From: an uncultured bacterium
Lineage (GTDB): Bacteria; Hydrothermota; UBA3073; NMUJ01; CBEVQO01
DNA: 64,000 nt
Assembly (NCBI GenBank): GCA_965552055.1
Contig: CBEVQO010000002.1
Span: 32,001 to 96,000, forward strand
Direction: 5' to 3'
The notes below the pieces were generated by a model. That model saw only the letters and a program-made list of their open reading frames with translations, did no database searches and was not told the origin of the DNA. Below, in pieces: positions 11,001-21,035 of this stretch (positions within the stretch are counted from its first letter, which is position 1; each line of letters starts with the position of its first letter). The position numbers and the translations under genes were made by a program.

Positions 11001-14000
11001 GTCCGAGATTGTCGAAAGTCCAACAAATTATTGAATACTTGCCGTCTTTCCTTGCAATAATGTTATAAACAATGCTATCAGAAAATGTTGAATCAGCATC
11101 AATCTTTGTCGTATTATAATAAACTTCGTAATTAATTTCTTTTACACCGCTTGCAATTCCATTTATAATGAGGTCTTCCGCTTTCATGATAATATCTGTT
11201 TGAGAAGTAATCCACATTTTATCGCTTACATATTTTGGCAAGGTTATTGTGATTTGTGCAACAGGAGAAGTATTGTCAATCCTTACAATTTGTGATTTTA
11301 TATCTTCTCTGTTTTTCGCTCTATCAACGCTATTGTAATAAATTGTGTATTCCCCATCAGGATATTGTAATTTGAAGGAATAAGGCAACAAATCAGTGGT
11401 AAGTGCATGAGTTATGCCATTTATCTTGTAGTATGTTGTATCAACTCCGCTTTTATCATCCCATGCGGAAATTGTTATTTGAGTCGTAGAGTCTATATAA
11501 GGTGGTGAGCCGTAATTTGGTGTGCCAATGGATATCTCCGTAACAGGTGGAACAGTATCTTCTATTATTTCAATTGAGAATGCAATTGTTTGATAATTTT
11601 CTGCATAATCCCTGGCTGTAATGTGGCACATGTAAATCCCTGCTGGTAAAACCTTTCCAGAAAAATCTTTACCATCCCAGATTTCGGTATAGCTGCCTTC
11701 TTTTAGATCAAAATAAGATTTATGATAAACACCTGCTCCTATCGGGTTCTCAATCATAATTTCTACAATTTTACATGATTCGGATAAAGTGAAATGGATA
11801 TAGGTTTCTTCTCCTGTTGAAGGCATAAAAGTAGTGGGTTCTGCATAAGCAGTTATTTGAGGAGGCACCCTATCCACCAGCCAGTAGCCTGTCGTATCCG
11901 AACGATTACCCACTTTATCATAAGCATATATCTGGAAGAGATATATTCCATCTGGAGCATTTATAGGAATAAACAAAGTTTCTTCCGTTGAAATATTAAA
12001 TAAATCTGATTGCTCAATGTCACCGAATGAATTAAATCTCAAGTAATAAATTTTTCCTGCTTCATTTAAGTGAACTTTGAGCGTATCATTCTTATTGGCA
12101 TTTACTATTACAACATTTTTGTTTATCCAAATTAGAGGTGGAGAATTATCGTAGGTAACTTTTGCTATTCCTACAACGCAATTTCTTATGCCTTCACCTT
12201 CAAAAGGCGATTCTATTCCTTTCATAACCCTTACACCGTGTCGCAGTGCATGAGCATTTCCGGCAAAAATTATATTTTTTCCTTTGAATAACTTTACCTT
12301 TTTGGCAAAATATCCATAAGCATCGGTAACTACACTTACAGTCTCTGCGATAATATTTGAACTGGGAATAGAATTATCTGACTGAAAGTCAGGTTCATTT
12401 ATGTTAAACGAAGTTGAAGATAAAGTAAATGTTTTAGATACTTTTTGGGATGCTACTGCTTTTAATGCCTCGTAAATATTTGTAGCTGGGTCGGTTATGA
12501 CAAGTAAAAGGGTATCCATTGGTCTCCAGTGCCCTTTTATCGTTATCGATTCTTCCTTTGTGTCATAGCATTTGTAGATTACGGGACGCAAAGTATCGAC
12601 TTCATCTTTTTCCATTATTGCAAAATGTTTCGCAGGTAAGTCACCAAAAATTATGGAGTCTTCCGGAGGAATAGAATCTTCTGGAGGAAGTTCAGGTCCA
12701 CTAATTAACATTGGCGAAACTGTACTGTATCTCGTTGTTAAAGTATAAATACTATCTTGAAATACGGGGGAACCTGGTGTTAATGGCACAGGTTTTCCTT
12801 CTTTTGTTATTGCATAAATTTTAAGGTCATTCGGGTCGATGCCGTAATAATCAACTTCTTCAGCAGTGTATTTATAAGTGAGTGTCGGCAAAATATTGAA
12901 TTTGATTTCAGCTGGCAAGATTTGAATTACAGGGTCAGAAATATACATGCTGTAAGTATCTGTAAAGACAATCTCTGGTTTTACTCTCCTTAGTCTAATT
13001 ATTGTGTCATCTATTGCATTTGACGCTATATTTAGCTGAGCCCTGTAATAAGGTGTATTCGCAAGTCCTCCTTCTGATGTCACTATGTCTCCGATGTAAA
13101 AATCTTTTACTTTTCGTAGAACAGGTCCTACAAATTCTTGAACAGGATTAACCCCTTGCTTTATGTTTTGTTGCACTGGTTCATATAAGTCCATAATTAT
13201 TGTTGTTTTACCGCATACTTTCGTTGCATCGAGGTAAGCAAGTTCTCCCGATTTTGGATGCATTATATTTTCTGTTAATTCAAATATTTTTCCGTTATTG
13301 AAGGCATACATTTTATATCCATATCCTGATGCCGAGCCACAAATAGGTATTAAGGCATAAGGCAAAGAAGTATCTAAGAAGTGCTCTACTTTGAAATAAT
13401 CAAAAAGATTTTGACCGAGATTTTCTGCATTAATGTTAATTAAAGTATCTTCTGAATATCTGGATATCAATCGCAAATCTTTATGTGGTTTGCCAGTGAT
13501 ATCATGAATTTTCACATTCCATTCAGTTATTTTGAGATACGGATTTGGCTCATTTCCGCAATCCCAGAAAGTAGCTTTTACATCTTTACCTCCTGCAGAA
13601 ACTGTTTTATTATATCCTTCTCTGAATAAAATTTTGTCACTTAATCCATGTTTTCTAAAGCCTTTTGTTTTATCTGTAAATTTCTCTTTTAGCCAGCCGA
13701 TATGGTGTGTGTAAGGGTCTTTATTCATTGTCCATGCGGGATTCCAGTTTTTAACAGTGCAAATTATGCAGGTGTCTATATCGTAAGAAAGATAAGCATC
13801 GACATATTGAGAATTTTGCTTTACTATAGGCTTTGAGAAAGAAAATCCATGAGGCACCACACTATCAGGAATGGAACACATTTGACGCCAGTAAATTTTT
13901 ACAGGGTTGTAATTGCCATTTATATTTGGCATTATTATACTATCGTATTGAGCAACGCATTGCCATTTTGAATGAGGACTATCAGGGTCACACTTTGCTT

Positions 14001-17000
14001 CAACATTGCCCGAAGAATAAAATCTGACTGTTACTCCATTAATTGTAGTCTCCCAATAAGTTACCGTTGTATCAAGCCAGCATGATGAATCGATGATATT
14101 GTCAATTCGTGCAAAATATTTATATTGGGGTGTCATTCTTCCGCCATGTACAGGCGTAAAAGGATATGTTTCAAATTCTTCGATTTTTGTGAAAGATTGT
14201 TGATTTCCAGCTATGGTATCATTATACCATTTTCTTTTAGAAGAAATAAGTAAGCATCCGCCCCCTGCAGGCCATTTTGCAGATATGAAAAATTTATATT
14301 GTTGACCGGGCGTTAAAATTAATGTATCTTTTTTCCATCTCCATACAAGTGTTTTAGACCATACAATGTTATCATACATATCTGAAATATATGCTATTGC
14401 ATTGAGTCCTATGTACGAGCAAAAAACCGTTTCGTTTTCAGTAATAAAGCAATTTCTCACACTAGTAGAAGAGCCCGAATAAGATAGGCTCCCTTCAATT
14501 CCTTTAAAATATTCGCTTAAACGAGGGTCAAGCTTCTTATAATACACAAACATCGAACATCGTGCAGTTCCTGTGCTTGCAGCTGCTCGTGTTTTGAATT
14601 TATAAACTTCTCCTGAATCAACATTTATTGTATCAATAATGTTGTAATAATCTTCATAGCTGGTGATATCTCCATCTTTATGCCCGTAGTAAATAATTTG
14701 ATCATTAGAAACTTTCTTTAACCACCATGTTATATCTCCACTATTTCCTATGTATCCTTTTATTCTACAAATAACTCTATCACTATGAGGAGTAAAATAT
14801 CGCCATTCACTTTCATCCACATCAGCAGCATCAAATGGGTTAGTTCCTCCATTTACAGTTCTGGTGCCTGCTTTTTTCATTGTATTTTTTAAACCATACC
14901 ACAGTTCCTGCGCTTTTATCGCAACGCTCCATTTTATATTTCTCCATTTATATCCTTTAATTGTATCTTCTATTTTAAATTGCTGTGGCGGATAATACTC
15001 TCCCTCTGCGGTCGCATACCATTTAAATTCCGGGTCAGCATCGTAAACCGGATTTCCATGTAAATAGCCTGTTATGTATTCATCTGGGATGTAAAAATCA
15101 CCTTCTACAATAGGTATTGCTGGTATTACCCTGAAACTCGCACTATCCCATGCTGTATCACAATAGTTCCATGGTATAGCCCTTATCTTAAACCAATATT
15201 CGCCTGTATCTGCAATAGCACCACCATAAACTCCATCCCAGCTAACTTCCCCTTCTAAATCGCCATAATAATCTTTATTTTGAAGCAATTTTATTATGGT
15301 ATCTCCATCTTTTTCTATCCACACATCTACATGTGCATCCTGATTCACTTTAAATGAAAATGTAACAACATTAAATTCTAAAGAAGTGTCCATAGGTGAA
15401 AATTCCTGCGGATTTACTTCCGATTTCGTAATCTTTAAATTCGACTTTACATTTATTAATATCTCTTTCACATCGACATTAGCTTTTCCATAAGCTGTGA
15501 GTCTTATTGTATAATTACCACCTGTTACAAAGCCAAATTCTTTTCTCCCATCCCAGTAAATTGTGTAATATTTATATGGTAACAGATTTTCTTCACTTTG
15601 ATGCCATACCGAAAGCCCTCTCCAGTCAATGACATCAATATCAGCATCACAAAATGCTCCTCCCATTCTGAAAACTATTTTTATTTCATCGATGCCGGGC
15701 GAAAATTCATTGTCTCCATCTTCATCGATTAATTCCACAAACAAAGTATCAATGTAAATCTGCGGTAACAATGTATCTTTTACATAAATTTCTACGGTAT
15801 CTGCAAGACAGGATGAATCTTCCTCGTATGATGCAAGCATAATTTGATATCTCCCTGTGTCACATTTGAAATACCCAAGTAAATTCTCACTACCAACTTC
15901 TTTTAGTCCTCTATTGGGATACGCTGTATCACGCAATGCAGGTATTACCCAAATACTTTCTGCATGCCATGATGACTCACTTTTTCTTTTCCATTTCAAC
16001 TCAAAATAAGTAAATGGAACTGCATTTATCTGTGGGTCTGTTGCCACTCCGTATATCATCACGCATCCTTTCGCACATGTATCACCTTCTTCTGGCTTTG
16101 CAATATATGTACCGAGGCTCATGTAGCAGACCTGTGCAATCGCAGTATCAACATTTCCCCATGTATCTTTTACAACTATTTCAACTTCTTTAGGACCTAC
16201 TCTCGTGGTATCAATTTTTATTTCCTTATAAATTGTCAAAGATGTGCTACCTGGGGTTGCAGTTTCTCTAAAAAGAACTTCACCTTTATGTATCACAATA
16301 ATCGAATCTGTTGCTCTATTTTCAATGTAATCTTTACTTTCTGACAATGTTATTCTCAATTCCGTTAAGCCTGTTTCATCTGTTATGTAAGGCACGCATG
16401 CAGATGATACGACTTGGGGAGAAGTTCTATCAACCCTTAAATAATCTGTGCCGAGTACAATATCTGAAGATATTGCGGTATCATTCCCCACTTTGTCTTC
16501 TGCATAAAGCGTAAGTTTATAAAGCTGGTCTGGCAGATATCCCCAGAAGCCTTTTTTGAGATATAATGTGCAAATAGTTGGTGGATAATTTTTCAAAGGA
16601 ACTGTGTAAGTATAGGTTATGCTATCTTTATCTGTGAATTTTGCAATAAATTTCACATCTTCATTTGTTGTAAATAATATTCTCATCACGGTATCTTTTG
16701 ATGTAAACGGATTAGGTTCCAGTGTTTGCACAATTGTAATATGAGGTGGCTCTGAATCTAACTTGAATTCTACTGAATCCTTCGCCATATTACCCGCTTT
16801 ATCCTTAATGCTTGCTATAAGCCAGAACCTACCATTCAAAATTTTATTCCCCGTATTATCTTTGAAATCCCACAGATACCATTGTGCAAGATTGTAATAA
16901 CATCTCTTTAAGACATCTGTTCTTATAATATTTCCTGTTGAATCTTTAATTTTTATGTAAATCGCATTATCTTTTGGTGAAGGAAGCAGTGAATCAAGAT

Positions 17001-18177
17001 TATCGCTTATATGGAAGACGAACGATAAGTTTCCCTTTCTTGCGGTGAAAGTTTCGATGGTATCTTTTGAAGGTTTTACGATTTCGATTTCCGGTGGTGT
17101 ATCATCCACATAGAAAGGCACTCTGTAATCTACATCATTACCTAGATTATCCGATACTTTTACTTTTACAGTGTGTTTGCCTTCTGCGAAACCCGACAAA
17201 GGAACATTTGCTATAAGTAGTGTATCGTAAGTGGTGGCGGGGTAAACTGTGGCATCCACGAAAAGAGTTTCAGAGCCCGCCATTATGCCCTCCGGGTCTT
17301 TATAGATTGCTTTGACAAACAATGTGCTATCACTCCTAAAAGCAGAATTCCACTTTGGTGATTTTATGTGAAGCGAAGGAACCTGTGAGTTTATCTGGAC
17401 TACACCTGCAAATTCTTCAACGGGAGGATTTGCCTCATCCCATGCGTGTATGTAAATGTAGTAAAAGCCATCGGGTAGTTGTGAGCCATCATTTCGTTTG
17501 CCATACCATGTGAAAAATGTGTCTCTGGCATATGCGGTGTTTGAGATAAATATAAGATTATCATTGCTATCATAAATCCTGCACCAAGTACTGCACTGCT
17601 CAGATGCATTAAAATGAATTTCTACTCTATCATCAAAACTAATAATGTTTTTTGTAAAGTAAATATCATAAATTGTCGGTTTTTCGCAGTCAATCTTAAC
17701 GATAAAATAATTATATTTTAAAATTACAGGGTACCAATATATATCCTTCCCTTTACTTCTTTTCTTAAGCTCTCTGTAATTCCATCCATAATGGTTATTA
17801 ACTTTAACGGGACCGTACACTTTTCTTTTATAACCCTCCCACCACCATTTACCAGGCTGTTTTAAAACACATAAATATACGCCATCTTTCACTTTAACCT
17901 TTTTATCAGGATAAAATCGCCTGTGTTCCGCTCCCTTATTAGTAATAGGATAGAATTGATAATAATAGTAATCTGACATCCAGTTTCGTGTCAACTTATA
18001 GGATGGCGTAAACCAGCGTTTCTTAGTGTAATATAAGCGCAATTTCTTTCCTTCCCACCGGTATCTATAATCGGACCATGTTAATAAAGGAATTTTTAGA
18101 GTATCCTTATACCCGTCCCAATTCGGAGAGAACTTAGGTAATTCTAATGTATAAATTAAAAAGAAAGGCTCCTCTTC
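8071..18177 (-). CDS. Giant surface protein, C-terminal part: FlgD-Ig/Big domains, about 7 DxTPP Ig-like repeats, NHL propeller, T9SS/FlgD-like C-terminal domain
   Basis: 3323-aa ORF whose frame is open up to 18177 (EEEPFF...FSPNWDGYKDTLKI); WDGxxxxG motifs, IYVADRNN NHL blades, terminal YPNPFNP...VKIYTLAG...NGVYICKV; no RBS or signal peptide of its own. Confidence 0.85.
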   Translation of the reverse strand, partial: EEEPFFLIYTLELPKFSPNWDGYKDTLKIPLLTWSDYRYRWEGKKLRLYYTKKRWFTPSYKLTRNWMSDYYYYQFYPITNKGAEHRRFYPDKKVKVKDGVYLCVLKQPGKWWWEGYKRKVYGPVKVNNHYGWNYRELKKRSKGKDIYWYPVILKYNYFIVKIDCEKPTIYDIYFTKNIISFDDRVEIHFNASEQCSTWCRIYDSNDNLIFISNTAYARDTFFTWYGKRNDGSQLPDGFYYIYIHAWDEANPPVEEFAGVVQINSQVPSLHIKSPKWNSAFRSDSTLFVKAIYKDPEGIMAGSETLFVDATVYPATTYDTLLIANVPLSGFAEGKHTVKVKVSDNLGNDVDYRVPFYVDDTPPEIEIVKPSKDTIETFTARKGNLSFVFHISDNLDSLLPSPKDNAIYIKIKDSTGNIIRTDVLKRCYYNLAQWYLWDFKDNTGNKILNGRFWLIASIKDKAGNMAKDSVEFKLDSEPPHITIVQTLEPNPFTSKDTVMRILFTTNEDVKFIAKFTDKDSITYTYTVPLKNYPPTICTLYLKKGFWGYLPDQLYKLTLYAEDKVGNDTAISSDIVLGTDYLRVDRTSPQVVSSACVPYITDETGLTELRITLSESKDYIENRATDSIIVIHKGEVLFRETATPGSTSLTIYKEIKIDTTRVGPKEVEIVVKDTWGNVDTAIAQVCYMSLGTYIAKPEEGDTCAKGCVMIYGVATDPQINAVPFTYFELKWKRKSESSWHAESIWVIPALRDTAYPNRGLKEVGSENLLGYFKCDTGRYQIMLASYEEDSSCLADTVEIYVKDTLLPQIYIDTLFVELIDEDGDNEFSPGIDEIKIVFRMGGAFCDADIDVIDWRGLSVWHQSEENLLPYKYYTIYWDGRKEFGFVTGGNYTIRLTAYGKANVDVKEILINVKSNLKITKSEVNPQEFSPMDTSLEFNVVTFSFKVNQDAHVDVWIEKDGDTIIKLLQNKDYYGDLEGEVSWDGVYGGAIADTGEYWFKIRAIPWNYCDTAWDSASFRVIPAIPIVEGDFYIPDEYITGYLHGNPVYDADPEFKWYATAEGEYYPPQQFKIEDTIKGYKWRNIKWSVAIKAQELWYGLKNTMKKAGTRTVNGGTNPFDAADVDESEWRYFTPHSDRVICRIKGYIGNSGDITWWLKKVSNDQIIYYGHKDGDITSYEDYYNIIDTINVDSGEVYKFKTRAAASTGTARCSMFVYYKKLDPRLSEYFKGIEGSLSYSGSSTSVRNCFITENETVFCSYIGLNAIAYISDMYDNIVWSKTLVWRWKKDTLILTPGQQYKFFISAKWPAGGGCLLISSKRKWYNDTIAGNQQSFTKIEEFETYPFTPVHGGRMTPQYKYFARIDNIIDSSCWLDTTVTYWETTINGVTVRFYSSGNVEAKCDPDSPHSKWQCVAQYDSIIMPNINGNYNPVKIYWRQMCSIPDSVVPHGFSFSKPIVKQNSQYVDAYLSYDIDTCIICTVKNWNPAWTMNKDPYTHHIGWLKEKFTDKTKGFRKHGLSDKILFREGYNKTVSAGGKDVKATFWDCGNEPNPYLKITEWNVKIHDITGKPHKDLRLISRYSEDTLININAENLGQNLFDYFKVEHFLDTSLPYALIPICGSASGYGYKMYAFNNGKIFELTENIMHPKSGELAYLDATKVCGKTTIIMDLYEPVQQNIKQGVNPVQEFVGPVLRKVKDFYIGDIVTSEGGLANTPYYRAQLNIASNAIDDTIIRLRRVKPEIVFTDTYSMYISDPVIQILPAEIKFNILPTLTYKYTAEEVDYYGIDPNDLKIYAITKEGKPVPLTPGSPVFQDSIYTLTTRYSTVSPMLISGPELPPEDSIPPEDSIIFGDLPAKHFAIMEKDEVDTLRPVIYKCYDTKEESITIKGHWRPMDTLLLVITDPATNIYEALKAVASQKVSKTFTLSSTSFNINEPDFQSDNSIPSSNIIAETVSVVTDAYGYFAKKVKLFKGKNIIFAGNAHALRHGVRVMKGIESPFEGEGIRNCVVGIAKVTYDNSPPLIWINKNVVIVNANKNDTLKVHLNEAGKIYYLRFNSFGDIEQSDLFNISTEETLFIPINAPDGIYLFQIYAYDKVGNRSDTTGYWLVDRVPPQITAYAEPTTFMPSTGEETYIHFTLSESCKIVEIMIENPIGAGVYHKSYFDLKEGSYTEIWDGKDFSGKVLPAGIYMCHITARDYAENYQTIAFSIEIIEDTVPPVTEISIGTPNYGSPPYIDSTTQITISAWDDKSGVDTTYYKINGITHALTTDLLPYSFKLQYPDGEYTIYYNSVDRAKNREDIKSQIVRIDNTSPVAQITITLPKYVSDKMWITSQTDIIMKAEDLIINGIASGVKEINYEVYYNTTKIDADSTFSDSIVYNIIARKDGKYSIICWTFDNLGHRSLTIDTIVYLDNTPPSSHLTFEPPTILIDGKRFVTSNSLIMIFSIDEGCGVKSRYYNFAGYWVEGGEFTLPSEGIYNVKYYAVDNLGNTERTEFQTIYVDNTSPVSNIEIGEPRYEAENMIFVRSETPLKISAIDPVSAGVASGVKEIIYKVDENKWQSVSDTQIVFTLADFGLQGEDGLHTIYHYAKDNVLNTEDVNQKEVIIDETPPQTQITFGEPKYQDEEGKLWLTSSTKITLKAQDPVISYASSGVKEIHYMINGLENVILGDSVAFTITGEDGEYQIEYWAIDNIGNEEGHKIITVYLDNTPPVSQLTIGEPRYSYNPMYITSHTDLTLTITDEGCGVDTGYWWCDASQKRIYVAETTFTLAEWGEGLHTLYYYGVDKLGNREETKEKSLAVDDTPPVSELITGTPSYSYGDSTIITSHTDFTLRAEDPLSADVASGVQKIVYRVDSMPWQEIPDTHFVFTLEDWGLQGQDGIHTISHYAVDNVENTEDVKSHEFILDDTQPECFIISPTESCMVNQNVPVYGRVSDVHFAWWKLEYGEGISPSDWIIISEGKSQMIDTILGWFNAKDLSDGIYVLRLTAQDVVLNTSEFRRIIFRCEPQFDLAITGLHKPEGVHILPDGNSWIYVADRNNKRIAYFDYWGNFVGEITGLHHPNAVRFNGEIIYTTLWWGHTHLTVLGFDLSGNEVYSATGLNHPKGINFYGDYIVVAERNWDRLTFLDDSANIVFTIPAHKCEGVGVDSPYIFTCLACSGKVVKYYVNLFDTAFRVMEIENFDYPADVEISRHKNIWICERNADRIVMCDRFGNRLLIFGEFGKEPGRFNKPCGISLCYEGDVVKEIYVADRNNDRVQRFKLPEFGAVKMPISIFTVDEPLNVEVASYPNPFNPLRNTAKIAVKVNKPAEVKVKIYTLAGNLIWSEEIPVLSGRLDITWDGRNFAGDIVLNGVYICKVIAKTEEESAESIWKIAVIK
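9480..11562 (-). repeat. Intragenic tandem Ig-like repeats (about 100 aa x7)
   Basis: Units start DTVPP/DNTSP/DNTPP/DETPP/DDTPP and contain GV..I.Y...DG.(H/Y).I.Y.A.DN.GN.E. Confidence 0.8.
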
Positions 18178-20208
18178 TTATCCTTCCTCCTCTTCATCTC
18201 CTTCCTCTATTTCTCCTAATCGGAATTTCATCATCTCCCAGAAAGTTGTATCATGAAGGTTATAGCATACATTGAGATGAAGAATTATGGGACTCCATCC
18301 ATCCCAGTCGAGTATGAAAAAAGAGTTAATACAAGTATCACTTTTACCTGCTCCTATTGTATCGTAAATAACTCTATCAGCCCATGGTATTACTTCTGCG
18401 TCACCAGAATCTACAGATAGATTTGCGAGCACACCAGATATCCTTTCACTCGCATTATTCTTTAAAATAGGTTTTAAAAAATAAACATAACCGTAATCAT
18501 CTATATAGCCAGGTCTTATGATAATGGATTCAGCGAGAGGCACAGACATTTTGCCAAAAGAAATTATTCTATTTGTCGGCAAGAATACTTTTATACTTTC
18601 TGGCTCTAATTTCGTGTTACTATAAATCTTAAATTTAAATCCTAACTTTTGTGGTAGAAAGGTATCTCTAATTAAAGTTTTAAATGGCGAAACATTAAAT
18701 TTCACGCTCTCAGGAGCGAGCTCTCCGTAGTAATAAGAGGAAAATTGGTCATTTATTTTAATAAAATTTTCATATCCTTCCGCTACATTGAGTTCTCCCG
18801 ATACATAAGCGGTTTCAGAAGATTTATTTATAATACCTGCATGTATGCAAAGAGACTCTGCACGCTCAGGTATTAAGTCGCCATCACCTGCAATTTCCTT
18901 AAATCTGAAAGCCCATAGTTCAAAAATCCTTGGATTGCCTCTAAACTTAATGGTATCAATGCATTCATTACCAGCAAGGTCGTAAACATTTCGGCATATC
19001 AAAATATAATCTGTATCCTTTAGAGGAGTTTCTAATTTAAACTCATATTCATACCATAAATCAACACAGAATATAGAATCATTGTCAGTGTATATGTAGT
19101 ATTTCACAGTATCTATGTGTAATATTATTGTATCAATTTTTACTTCTCCCTTATAAGCACATGGAAAGATTCTGTAATTATTAGGGTCACAAGCAGAAGG
19201 CCCCATTTCCTCGGAAAACCACACCCTAAAACCATACTTCCATATCCAGTAGATGACTTGCATCCAAGGAGACCAATTGTCGATAATTACAGGTATTTCC
19301 ACGGTATCTGCGTTATTCCTTATATCTGCTGCAATAATGCGCAAAGTATATCTGCCATCATCAATTGATTCTGTGTTCCATGCGGAATTGTAATTTCCGT
19401 AAGGGTTAAATGGTTTGTTTGTAACGAAATAATAATATTTGCTCCAGTCACTTTTTATAGTGTCATATACAAAAGGCAAAGCGTCTTTATCGGGCACATT
19501 GTCAAATACTATCCAGTTTTGATATTTTGGAGTAGTGCCTTTCAATACCTCTACACCTATTTTGTAAACCCCGCACTGATGAGCAGGCCATTCAAAAGGA
19601 TAGCCATTCTCATCAACCCTCGGGTCACCTGCATGTACTACTATATCGATTTCACCCGATAAATCCTTGCGATAAACAGTATCGCCATAGTCAGATTGTC
19701 GGAATTCAATGGCAAAAATTTCGGGTTTTCCATTATCTACAAATGGATATAAACCAGTATCCGAATTGCAGCGGAGAGGGTTATAAATTGGTCTAATGCA
19801 ACCTGGTTTGCGCTCCTCAAAGTGCAAATGATTCGCTTCATCAATCCAACCTAAAATTGTTTGACCTGCATAGATAGGTTTATTTATTGTTATAATAGAA
19901 GTATCAGGGTTAGGTATTATATGGTAATATTTAAATCCGCGTTTGGTGTAAATAGAGCGACGTTTTATCTTGTCAATTGTATCATCCACAACAGGATAAA
20001 CAGCAGTATTGTATGGCTCTGCAATATCTACACCTTTATGGAAATGCATAGAATGAGTGTCACCCTGAGCATCAACATAAGTAGGTCTATACTCTCCAAG
20101 AGTTGAAGTTATTTTATGTTGGCTCGAGAAGGGGTAAATAGGCCAATCATAGGCATAAAGAGAAGATAGGGATATTATCCCAAGAAATGTAAAAATTTGC
20201 CGCTTCAT
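18178..20208 (-). CDS. Giant surface protein, N-terminal part: signal peptide, M23 peptidase domain (variant C), Ig-like domains
   Basis: HKGVD (HxxxD), YYH, HLH motifs; ends GDEEEEG-TAA in frame with the downstream giant ORF. Confidence 0.85.
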   Translation of the reverse strand: MKRQIFTFLGIISLSSLYAYDWPIYPFSSQHKITSTLGEYRPTYVDAQGDTHSMHFHKGVDIAEPYNTAVYPVVDDTIDKIKRRSIYTKRGFKYYHIIPNPDTSIITINKPIYAGQTILGWIDEANHLHFEERKPGCIRPIYNPLRCNSDTGLYPFVDNGKPEIFAIEFRQSDYGDTVYRKDLSGEIDIVVHAGDPRVDENGYPFEWPAHQCGVYKIGVEVLKGTTPKYQNWIVFDNVPDKDALPFVYDTIKSDWSKYYYFVTNKPFNPYGNYNSAWNTESIDDGRYTLRIIAADIRNNADTVEIPVIIDNWSPWMQVIYWIWKYGFRVWFSEEMGPSACDPNNYRIFPCAYKGEVKIDTIILHIDTVKYYIYTDNDSIFCVDLWYEYEFKLETPLKDTDYILICRNVYDLAGNECIDTIKFRGNPRIFELWAFRFKEIAGDGDLIPERAESLCIHAGIINKSSETAYVSGELNVAEGYENFIKINDQFSSYYYGELAPESVKFNVSPFKTLIRDTFLPQKLGFKFKIYSNTKLEPESIKVFLPTNRIISFGKMSVPLAESIIIRPGYIDDYGYVYFLKPILKNNASERISGVLANLSVDSGDAEVIPWADRVIYDTIGAGKSDTCINSFFILDWDGWSPIILHLNVCYNLHDTTFWEMMKFRLGEIEEGDEEEEG

Positions 20209-21035
20209 TTTCGCCTCCTTTTTGGTTTCAATATTTTTATAATTTTTCCTTTTTCATTTAAAATAATTTCAACATCTTTGTGTACTAGCATTAAGTAAAG
20301 AGTATTATTCTTATTAAATAATTTCATACGATAAGGACTTCCTTCTAAAACTTTCTGAAAAATTAATTTAAAGCTACTATCGTATAGAGCCACATAAGTA
20401 ACTTCATTTTTGTTTACTCTCCCTCCACAGTATATCGCAAACTTACTTCCATCCTGAGTGAATCTAACGAAATCCACAAGAAAATCGATTGGTGGGTTTA
20501 AAAGCTGTTCCATATTTAATTTTTGTACTTTATTAGGAGATAAAAAATATAACCGAGGCACATGCTCGTCATAAGATATTCCTACTGCATATCTTCCCGA
20601 TGGAGATAAATCAATGTCAGCTGCTCCCGATTCTATACTCCAACATTTTTTTCCTTCTGTCGTATATACTTTAAACTCTGAACCAAAAATACCTTCATAT
20701 CCTATTTCAAGCGGAATAGTCAATCCAATATATTTCCCATTATGCGTGATCTGCACTCTACCTTTTACTTTTCTGTATTTCTCTTTTGGCGGCGAAGGAA
20801 ATGCTTTCGGCGGTAAATATGCCATACCCCATCTTGAAACTGTCTTTTTCACCTTGCCTGTTTCATCCAAAAATTTTATATCGTCGGATGTCACCACTGC
20901 TTTCACAACTGGCTTACCTTTTTCTTCCACTATCGCCATTTGCTCAATCTTTACTCCGAGTTTATTCTCCCAGTATGTCTTTAAACTATCTCTAACATGT
21001 TTCGGTACCATCAAAAATAAAACCAACATTAACAT
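20205..21035 (-). CDS. Exported beta-propeller-like protein C (candidate immunity/inhibitor)
   Basis: Short hydrophobic N-terminus; FKVYTTEGKKCWS, LSPSGRYAVG, FTQDGSKF WD40/PQQ-like blades; ATGA overlap with the M23 gene. Confidence 0.75.
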   Translation of the reverse strand: MLMLVLFLMVPKHVRDSLKTYWENKLGVKIEQMAIVEEKGKPVVKAVVTSDDIKFLDETGKVKKTVSRWGMAYLPPKAFPSPPKEKYRKVKGRVQITHNGKYIGLTIPLEIGYEGIFGSEFKVYTTEGKKCWSIESGAADIDLSPSGRYAVGISYDEHVPRLYFLSPNKVQKLNMEQLLNPPIDFLVDFVRFTQDGSKFAIYCGGRVNKNEVTYVALYDSSFKLIFQKVLEGSPYRMKLFNKNNTLYLMLVHKDVEIILNEKGKIIKILKPKRRRK

